Assembly (NCBI GenBank): GCA_965220965.1
Contig: OZ244852.1
Location: 1,600,001-1,664,000, forward strand
Source: Candidatus Marinacidobacterium sp.
Lineage (GTDB): Bacteria; Acidobacteriota; Vicinamibacteria; Marinacidobacterales; Marinacidobacteraceae
DNA: 64,000 bases
Direction of reading: 5' to 3'
In this document: positions 1-11,732 of the stretch, piece by piece
Numbering within the stretch: position 1 is the stretch's first letter
How the letters are laid out: every line of letters begins with the position of its first letter
Notes under the pieces: model-generated
Told to the model about the DNA's origin: nothing
Seen by the model: only the letters and a program-made list of their open reading frames with translations
Database searches by the model: none
Position numbers and translations under genes: made by a program

Positions 1-3000
1 CTTCTCGCCCCCGGAGAGCAGCCGGGCGCTCTGGAATTTCTTGCCGGGAGGCTCCGCGAAGATCTCGATCCCGGGCTCCTCGTCGGCCGGGGCGTGGTTC
101 GGGTCGGACACGGCCGCATCGCCGTTCCCGCCGGGAACCTCGCTGCTCGGCGCGGCGCCGTTCGGCGCGGGATCAGGTTCCCCGTTCGGCGCCGCCGTCG
201 GGGCGTCCGGCGGATAAGGAGCCGCCGCGGACGGCCTCCGGACGAGTTCGGCGCGGCCGCCGCCGAACAGTTGCCGGAAGGCCTCGTCGAAGTTGCGGTT
301 CACGTGGTCGAATCCCGTCCGGAACGCCCGCCTCGCCTCGCGGTCCTGCCGGGCGATGGCCTGCCGCCCGTCGGCGACGCCTTCCTCGACGTCCCGCAGT
401 TGGGCGGCCGGCCCCTCACGCTCCCCCTCGAGCTCGGCGAGGCGCGCCTCCGCGACCTGGTTCACCGGACCCAGCCGTTCGAGGCCGTCCCGGACGGAGC
501 CGAGCTCCCGCTCGACCTCCTCCACCGGCCGGTCGAGGAGTCCGTCCGGGAGGGAGGCGCCTTCCTCGCCCAGCGGCTTCCCGTGTTCCATCTCGAACTC
601 GCTCTCGAGATGACGCAGAAGGGCGCGGGCCTCCTGGATCCGGCCGCGCTGCGGCGCCAGCCGCTCCTCCACGGCGTCGAGCTCGCCCCGCCGCTCGCGA
701 AGGCGGTCGTCCCCCGGCCGCACGAACCCGTCGAGTTCGGACACGCGCGCCCGGAGCCGCTCCGCGGCCCGGGACGCTTCCTTCGCCCGGACCCGGGCGG
801 CCTCCAGCTCGCGCTCCGCCGTCGCCCGGCGCTCCTCCCAGGCCGCCTCGTCCGCCGCCAGCCGGGTCCGCGCCGCCGCGATGCGATCCAGGCGCCCAGC
901 GTCCTCCCGGGCTTCGCGGTCCCGCGTCTGGTCCGCGCGGCGCACCTCGTCGCGGATCGCCTGCTCGCGGGCCAGGGCCTGGTCCGCGGTCTGGAACGCA
1001 TCTTCGGAGGTCGTAAGCGCCTCCCGGGCGGCGTCGAGCTCCTCCTCGCGTTCCGGGATGTCGCTCGCGGCGCGTTCGAGCAGCGCCCTGTCGCGTTCGA
1101 TCGCTTCGGCGACCCGGACGCCCGAAGCTTCATTGCGCTCCGCTTCATCGCGATTCCGGTCGAGGCGCGAGCTGAGCTCCTCGAGCTGGCGGCCGACCTC
1201 GGCGACCGCCGCGGCGCAGCGCTCCGTCTCGATCCGCCGTCGGAGCGCCTCCCCTTCGGCGGCGGTCAGCGCCTCCCGGCGCGCCTCGCGCTCCTCTCCG
1301 GCCCGCCCAGCCTCGGCCTGTCTCGCTTCGAGCGCCTTGCCGGCGTCGGCCAGCCGGCGCTCGGCGTCCGCCCTGCCGTGTTCGAGCACCGCGAGTTCGC
1401 GGCGCGCCGAGAGGAAGCCCTCGCCGGGGCCTCCCCGCCCGAGGCGAACGACCCCCGGCGGGATGACGCTCTCTCCGGCCCGCGTGACATAGAGCGCCGG
1501 GCGCTCGCGGAAGCGGGTGAGCGCCGTCTGAAGATCGGCGACGACCTCCGCATCCGGGACGAGCGCCTGAACCGCCGCGTCGGCGCCCGACACGTGGTCG
1601 CGCAGCGCATCGCCGTCCACCGCGCGGGAGGACGGCGCCGAGGCGGCCAACTCGGAGACGAGCACCTCGAGAGGCTCCGTATCGTCCGCCTCCCGAGCCA
1701 GGTCGAGAAGGTCTTCGACGCTCCGCACCCGTAACCGATGCGCCCCCACGAGCCGCTCCGCGGCGGCCTCGTACCCCGGCTCCACCTCGATCGCCTCGCC
1801 GACGGCGCCCAGAAGGGGGCCATCCTCCCCACCGGCCGCCGCCAGACGACGCGCGGCCGCCGGCCCCAGTTGCTCGCGGGACAGCACCAGCGCCCGCTGG
1901 GCGGCGAGCCGGGCGTCGGTCTCCGCGAGCGCGCGTCCGGCGTCGGAAGCGGCGCTGGTGGCCGCTTCGAGCGCGGCCGCCGCGTCCTGACTCCGACGCT
2001 CGGCGAGCCGCAGCTCGTCGCGTCGCCGGAGCGCCGTCGCCTCCGCCTCCTGCTGGCGGCGGAGAGCCTCCGCTTCGGCCCGCCCCACGTGCGCCTTCCG
2101 CGCCTCGAGCGCCCGGCGCTCGCCGTCGAGCCGGACGCGAAGCTCCCCCAGCCGCTCCACGCTCTCCTGGTGCTGCTCGCGGGCCATCCGGTGGGTGCGC
2201 ATGGCGCCCTGCAGCCGCTCGACTTCCCGGCGCGCCGCCTCGAGACGAAGATGCGAGCGGCGCTCGGCGTCCCGGGCGGCGACGCGGGCGTCGCTCCGCT
2301 CGCGGACCTGCAGCGCGAGCGCCTCGACCCGCGCCGGGAGCTCCCGGGTGCGGCGGGCGTGATCCGCCCCGGTGGCGCGCCGCCGGGCGACCGCTTCCGA
2401 GAGGTCGGCCTCCTCCTGCTCCAGACGCTCGCGCTCCGCGTTCCGCTGCTCGGCGGCGCGCTCTCCCTCCTCGAGGACCGCGGCGGCCTTGGTGGCCCGG
2501 CTTCTCCAGTCGAAGGCGGCGTGATTCCGCTCGTCGAGACGGATCTGGGTCGCGTCCCGTTCCTCGCGGAGCGATCCGAGGAAACGCTCGTAGGCCCGTA
2601 GGCTGGCCGCCCGTCGCTGCGCTTCCGCCTCGAGCCGCCGGAGGGGCTGCTCGCCCCGGCCGATCTCGCGCAGCCAGGTGTTGCGCAGGATGAGCTGACG
2701 CGCGAGTTCGAGCTCGCCGGCGCGGCGCTCCAGCTTGCGAACCCGCCGGGCCGCCCGCGAGTCGCGCCGGGCGCGGCGGATCAGGCGCTCCAGTTCCCCG
2801 AGCCGCTCCCGGACCCGTTCGAGCGAGCGCTCCGCGGCCCTCAGGTTCGACTCCGCCTCCTTCCGGTTCACCCGGTAGGGACCCAGACCGGCGGCCTCCT
2901 CGACGAGCAGCCGGAGCTCGTCCGGCTTCGAGGTGAGCACCTCGGTGACGCGGCCCTGCCCGATCATGGCGTAGGAGCCGGCGACGAGCCCGGTCCCGGC

Positions 3001-3432
3001 GAAGAGACGCTGGATCTCGCGGCGGGTGGAGCGGCGCCCGTCCATCTCGTAGACCGAGCCGCCGCTCGCGTCCACCCGCCGGGAAATCACGACCCGCCGT
3101 CCCGGCGCGGCCGCATGGCCCGCGGCCCCGTTGCCGTTCGCGCCGCCGGAAGGGTCGACTCCGCCTCCGCGCTCGACGCCGCTCACCTCGAGCCGCACCT
3201 CGGCCACTCCGAGCGGCCCCCGGAGCTCGCTTCCGCCGAAGATCAGGTCCTTGCCGCGGGCCCGGATCGTGGCGCTCCCCAGCTCGCCGAGCACCCAGAA
3301 CAGGGCGTCGGCGATGTTGCTCTTGCCGCAACCGTTGGGCCCGACGACGGCGGTCGCCGCCTGGTGGAAGACGATCGCCACCGGATCGGCGAAGCTCTTG
3401 AAGCCCGCGATCTCGAGCCGCTCGATTCTCAT
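1..3432 (-). CDS. smc: Chromosome segregation protein SMC (3' end lies outside the window)
   Basis: Manual translation from ATG at 3432 gives MRIERLEIAGFKSFADP...GPNGCGKSN (Walker A), then IGQGRV..., EEAAG, long coiled coils and a hinge-like segment near 1440-1750. Bases 1-75 give PGIEIFAEPPGKKFQSARLLSGGEK (ABC signature) in the same frame. Not in the ORF track because no stop codon falls in the window. Confidence 0.95.
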   Translation of the reverse strand, partial: MRIERLEIAGFKSFADPVAIVFHQAATAVVGPNGCGKSNIADALFWVLGELGSATIRARGKDLIFGGSELRGPLGVAEVRLEVSGVERGGGVDPSGGANGNGAAGHAAAPGRRVVISRRVDASGGSVYEMDGRRSTRREIQRLFAGTGLVAGSYAMIGQGRVTEVLTSKPDELRLLVEEAAGLGPYRVNRKEAESNLRAAERSLERVRERLGELERLIRRARRDSRAARRVRKLERRAGELELARQLILRNTWLREIGRGEQPLRRLEAEAQRRAASLRAYERFLGSLREERDATQIRLDERNHAAFDWRSRATKAAAVLEEGERAAEQRNAERERLEQEEADLSEAVARRRATGADHARRTRELPARVEALALQVRERSDARVAARDAERRSHLRLEAARREVERLQGAMRTHRMAREQHQESVERLGELRVRLDGERRALEARKAHVGRAEAEALRRQQEAEATALRRRDELRLAERRSQDAAAALEAATSAASDAGRALAETDARLAAQRALVLSREQLGPAAARRLAAAGGEDGPLLGAVGEAIEVEPGYEAAAERLVGAHRLRVRSVEDLLDLAREADDTEPLEVLVSELAASAPSSRAVDGDALRDHVSGADAAVQALVPDAEVVADLQTALTRFRERPALYVTRAGESVIPPGVVRLGRGGPGEGFLSARRELAVLEHGRADAERRLADAGKALEARQAEAGRAGEEREARREALTAAEGEALRRRIETERCAAAVAEVGRQLEELSSRLDRNRDEAERNEASGVRVAEAIERDRALLERAASDIPEREEELDAAREALTTSEDAFQTADQALAREQAIRDEVRRADQTRDREAREDAGRLDRIAAARTRLAADEAAWEERRATAERELEAARVRAKEASRAAERLRARVSELDGFVRPGDDRLRERRGELDAVEERLAPQRGRIQEARALLRHLESEFEMEHGKPLGEEGASLPDGLLDRPVEEVERELGSVRDGLERLGPVNQVAEARLAELEGEREGPAAQLRDVEEGVADGRQAIARQDREARRAFRTGFDHVNRNFDEAFRQLFGGGRAELVRRPSAAAPYPPDAPTAAPNGEPDPAPNGAAPSSEVPGGNGDAAVSDPNHAPADEEPGIEIFAEPPGKKFQSARLLSGGEK

Positions 3433-3518
3433 GGCGGAGTCCGGCGACCGGGCCGCCTCACGGACGGCGCAGGCGCGGTCGCGGGAGCGTTGGGCACAGC
3501 GGCGAAAAGATGGGCCGA

Positions 3519-3566
3519 CCCCAACATGTTGTGGTCTGCCGGGCGACGAACCCCAATATACAGTAT
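3519..3566. promoter_or_regulatory. Tandem NrdR-box-like palindromes
   Basis: CCCCAACATGTTGTGG (3519-3534) and CCCCAATATACAGTAT (3551-3566) start 32 bp apart, form an AT-rich island in GC-rich DNA, and resemble the NrdR consensus acaCwAtATaTwGtgt. Confidence 0.65.
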
Positions 3567-3648
3567 GTGACGCCCGCCGGCGGCATCACGGCGAACCCCC
3601 GCGATATGGTCCCGTTCGCCGTCGCCGACCGATCGGTCTCGCCCGTTC

Positions 3649-4383
3649 ATGAACCCGCCTCGCTCCGGACAAGGCCCAGCCGAAACGGGGCCTCTCCGGC
3701 CCGGAGGGTACGGCGCCAGGTTCCGCAGCTACCTCCTCCGCGGATTCCTGTTCTGGATCCCGGTGGCCGCCGTGGTGCTGGTGGCGCGCATCATCTATTC
3801 CCTGATGCGCTCCTGGTTCTTTCCTTCGCTGGGCTGGGAGCCCCGGCTCGCCGCGCTCGCCCTCGTCATCCTGGTGCTCCTCGCCACCGGGTGGGCGGTG
3901 ACGCGCTTCAAGGTGGTCCAGCGGCTGGCCCGGGGGCTGGTGGAGCGTCCGCTCATGCGGGTGCCAGTGGCCCGCTGGGTCTACTCCGGCGTGCGCCAGC
4001 TTCTGGACGCGCTCTTCACCAGCGGCGACGCCTTCGGGAAGGTCGTCCTGATCCAGTACCCCCGGAAGGGGGTCTACAGCATCGCCTTCCAGATGTCCGG
4101 CAAGCTGCTCGAGGTGCGGCACCGGGTGCAGGTGGACATGGGCGACGCCGGCGCCGCCGACGACCAGCGGGAGGTCATGGCGGTCTTCGTCCCCACCACC
4201 CCGAACCCGACGTCAGGCGTCGTGGTCACCCTGCCCCGGGACGAGGCGATCGAGCTCCAGATGACCCGGCAGGAGGCGCTCCAGATGATCATCTCCCTCG
4301 GAGTCGTCGTCCCGCCTTGGACTCCGCCGGACGCGGGAGCGATCTCCGAGCGCGCGCCCGACGCCGGATCCGCCTCCCGGTAA
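3649..4383 (+). CDS. DUF502 domain membrane protein
   Basis: Two N-terminal TM segments; motifs P.V..VYSGVRQL, VVLIQYPRKGVYSIAF, VFVPTTPNPTSG, IISLGVV. Confidence 0.88.
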   Translation: MNPPRSGQGPAETGPLRPGGYGARFRSYLLRGFLFWIPVAAVVLVARIIYSLMRSWFFPSLGWEPRLAALALVILVLLATGWAVTRFKVVQRLARGLVERPLMRVPVARWVYSGVRQLLDALFTSGDAFGKVVLIQYPRKGVYSIAFQMSGKLLEVRHRVQVDMGDAGAADDQREVMAVFVPTTPNPTSGVVVTLPRDEAIELQMTRQEALQMIISLGVVVPPWTPPDAGAISERAPDAGSASR

Positions 4384-4424
4384 CCCGATCCGGCCCGGAG
4401 GCCGGACGCCGTCTCGCTTCCTCG

Positions 4425-8829
<4,405 letters not shown>

Positions 8830-8836
8830 CGAACCG

Positions 8837-10444
8837 TCAGGGAAACACGAAGTAGATCGAGGCGATGGCGGCGAGGGCCAGGGCGCCCTTCCATCCCACT
8901 CCCGGCAGCGGCGTCAGGTCCACCCCCTCGGGCGGGCTCGGCGGGGGCGGGAGTTCGCGGCGCGGCTTCCAGCGCGCCGCCGCGACGAGGCCCGCCACCA
9001 GCAGCAGGAAGCTGATGCCCATGTGGTGCAGGAAAGCGGTCTCGGGCCAGCCGAGGCGCAGCGCGGCGTAGATCGGGATCCCCGCCACCAGTCCCCAGCG
9101 CGCCGCGAAGGCGGGGATCCGGGAGGAGATGACCCCGGCGAAGAACACCGCGCAGATCCCCGGGGTCACGAACCCCCAGACCGTCTGGATGTACTGGAAC
9201 ACCCCCGGAAATCCCCCGATGAGGGGCGCCCAGAGGCAGGCGGCGATCACGAAGATCGTGGAGGCCACCTTCGCCACCCGGACCTGTGCGCCGGCCGGGC
9301 GCGACCCCCGGAAAAGGCGCGGATGGACATCCAGCGCGTACATCGTGGAGGCGGAGTTGAGCATCGAATTGAACGAGCTCATGACGGCGCCCGCCAGCGC
9401 GGCGAGCAGCACCCCCCGGAGCGCGGGAGGCAGGAGTTCGCGGAGGAGGACCGGATACGCCTGGTCGGGGTGGGTGATCTGGGGCCCGTAGAGCTGGACC
9501 GCGAGGATCCCGGGGAAACAGATCAGGAAGGGGACGAGGATCTTCAGCCAGGCGGCGAAGAGGATCCCGCGCTGGCCTTCGGCGAGGCTCCTGGCCGCCA
9601 GCGTGCGCTGGGTGATGAACTGGTTGACGCCCCAGTAGAAGAACTGGGCGATCCAGAGCCCGCCAATGAACACCGCGGTCCAGGGAACCTCCGGGTGGTC
9701 CGCCGGGAGGACGGTGTGCAGACGGTCCCGGTTTTCCTCGAGAAAGCGCGCGGCCCCCGCCAGCACTCCCGCCTCGCCCCCGAGGGCGTCGAACCCGATC
9801 CAGAGCACGATCGCGCCCCCGAGCAGGATGACGATCCCCTGGATCATGTCGGACCAGACCACCGCCCGGAGCCCGCCGTAGATCGTGTAGACGCTGGAGA
9901 GGAGGCCGATCCCCCAGACTCCGACGAGGGTCGCGGCGAGTTCGGCGGCGTCCGGGCCGAGGCCGAAGGCGGCGGCGAAGGCTTCCGGCAGCGAGAAGAT
10001 GGCGTTCAGCGCCACCGCGCCGGCGTAGAGCACGGTGGCCATCGCCACGAACACGGTGGCGGCGGTCAGGAGCCCGGCGAGGATCGTGCGCGCCCCCCGG
10101 TCGTAGCGCCGCTCGAGGAACTCCGGCATCGTGAAGACGCCGCTCTTCAGGTAGCGGGGCAGCAGGAACCAGCCGATCACGATGAGCGCCGCCGCCGCGG
10201 TCCACTCGTAGCTGGCGATCGCCAGCCCGACGCCGGTCGCGGCCGAGCCCGACATGCCCACGAAGTGCTCGGTGGAGACGTTCGTCGCCACCAGCGACAT
10301 CCCGATGGCCCAGCCCCCGAGATTGCGGCCCGCGAGGAAGTACCCCTCCGCCGTACCCCGCCCGCGCGAGGCCCGCAGCGACACGAAGATGACCGCCCCC
10401 AGGAAGAGGGCGAACGTCAGCAGGTCGGTGAGGGAGAGGGTCAT
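8837..10444 (-). CDS. Sodium:solute symporter (SSS, SGLT-like sugar type)
   Basis: YFLAGR, SLVATNVSTEHFVGMSG, TMPEFLERRY, GGLRAVVWSD, NQFITQRTLAA; many TM helices. Confidence 0.93.
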   Translation of the reverse strand: MTLSLTDLLTFALFLGAVIFVSLRASRGRGTAEGYFLAGRNLGGWAIGMSLVATNVSTEHFVGMSGSAATGVGLAIASYEWTAAAALIVIGWFLLPRYLKSGVFTMPEFLERRYDRGARTILAGLLTAATVFVAMATVLYAGAVALNAIFSLPEAFAAAFGLGPDAAELAATLVGVWGIGLLSSVYTIYGGLRAVVWSDMIQGIVILLGGAIVLWIGFDALGGEAGVLAGAARFLEENRDRLHTVLPADHPEVPWTAVFIGGLWIAQFFYWGVNQFITQRTLAARSLAEGQRGILFAAWLKILVPFLICFPGILAVQLYGPQITHPDQAYPVLLRELLPPALRGVLLAALAGAVMSSFNSMLNSASTMYALDVHPRLFRGSRPAGAQVRVAKVASTIFVIAACLWAPLIGGFPGVFQYIQTVWGFVTPGICAVFFAGVISSRIPAFAARWGLVAGIPIYAALRLGWPETAFLHHMGISFLLLVAGLVAAARWKPRRELPPPPSPPEGVDLTPLPGVGWKGALALAAIASIYFVFP

Positions 10445-10502
10445 CGCGAGGGCGGATTGTGCCGGAACGCCGGATCGGCGCCCGTCGAGCCCGGCGCCTG
10501 GC

Positions 10503-11732
10503 TCAGCCGAAGGCGCCGGAGAGGAGCCGGCTACCCCCGACGAAGGTCCCGATGGCGCTGCCGATCGTGGGGAAGAGGAGGGCGAGCGCGATGCGCAGCG
10601 CGCGGTTTCTGAACCAGCGCCGGGGCCGGAGCGCGTCCTGCTTCAGCGCGGTGAGCTCGAAGACCCGCGGCGGACGAATCCACGCCTGGACGAACGCCGT
10701 CACGTAGCCCACGCCCATGACCGGCGTCAGGCTGGTGAACGGCGCGGTCAGCAGCGCCGCCAGGACGGTCACCGGGTGCGCGAGCGCCGCGACCGCCCCG
10801 ACCGCCGCCGGGATCGAGTTCACGAGGACCCAGAACACCGCGCCCTCGGAGGCCGCCTCCGGGCCCCGGACCGCCCAGGTCCACGCCAGCGCGCCGAGGA
10901 TCACCACCGGAATCGCGATGCCGACCGCTCTTCCGACCCGCCCGGGCGGCGGGACCTGCGCGAGCGGCGCGAGATCGGTGGGCCCCTCGCCGAGCAGCCG
11001 CCGCTCCACGCCGTCGAGGTGGCCGGCCCCGATCACCACGACGAGCCGGTTCCCCGGGACGGCCCGCACCTTCTCGCCGATCCAGGCGTCCCGCTCGTCG
11101 ATCAGCACATGCTTGAGCGTCGGGAACTCCTGCCCCAGCTCGGCGACCAGGCGGGAGACCACATCCCCGGCGAGCAACTCGCGAAGGTCCTCCTCGGTGG
11201 GCTCGGCGCCGCTCCCTCCCTCGAGGCCGCCGGCGAGCAGCTTGATCCGCGACCAGAACCCGGTTCGCCGCCACACCCGCAGCAGCGTGGTCCGCACCGG
11301 GCGGTCGACGAGCTGGACCTCGGCGCCGCACTCCTTCGCGGCGCGCGCCGCCTCCCGCATCTCGGCGCCCGGCTCGACCCCGAGCCGCAGGCCCATCCGG
11401 GTCTGCCAGGCGGCGAGCGCGAGGCTGGCGAGCAGCGGGAGGAGCTTCCGCTCGCGGACCACCTGGCGCAGATCCAGCCGGGCGATCGCCTCCGGATCCA
11501 TGAGCGCCTCGAACCGGCCGTCGTCGAGTTCGAGGCAGACCGCGTCGGGCCGCTCGGCGGCGATCGTCTCCCGGACGAGGCGCAGCGAGTCGGGAGAGAT
11601 GTGGGCCGTCCCCACCAGGACGACCTCGCGCTCGTCGGGCCAGTCGGGCCGGGTCAGGCGCCGGACCAGCCGGGCGGTGTCCGCGGGAGGCGCCGCGTCT
11701 CCCGGGCCGCCCCCCTCCGCCTCAGCGATCAC
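10503..11732 (-). CDS. TraB/PrgY family protein
   Basis: VLVGTAHIS, PDAVCLELD..R, PGAEM, LIDERD, VIGAGHLDG, and C-terminal TM helices. Confidence 0.9.
   Translation of the reverse strand: MIAEAEGGGPGDAAPPADTARLVRRLTRPDWPDEREVVLVGTAHISPDSLRLVRETIAAERPDAVCLELDDGRFEALMDPEAIARLDLRQVVRERKLLPLLASLALAAWQTRMGLRLGVEPGAEMREAARAAKECGAEVQLVDRPVRTTLLRVWRRTGFWSRIKLLAGGLEGGSGAEPTEEDLRELLAGDVVSRLVAELGQEFPTLKHVLIDERDAWIGEKVRAVPGNRLVVVIGAGHLDGVERRLLGEGPTDLAPLAQVPPPGRVGRAVGIAIPVVILGALAWTWAVRGPEAASEGAVFWVLVNSIPAAVGAVAALAHPVTVLAALLTAPFTSLTPVMGVGYVTAFVQAWIRPPRVFELTALKQDALRPRRWFRNRALRIALALLFPTIGSAIGTFVGGSRLLSGAFG

Noticed and set aside
94-3331. Long ORFs 94..1734 (+), 1738..2601 (+) and 1145..3331 (-)
   Set aside because: These are antisense or off-frame shadows of smc, with Arg/Gly/Pro-rich composition typical of high-GC non-coding frames.
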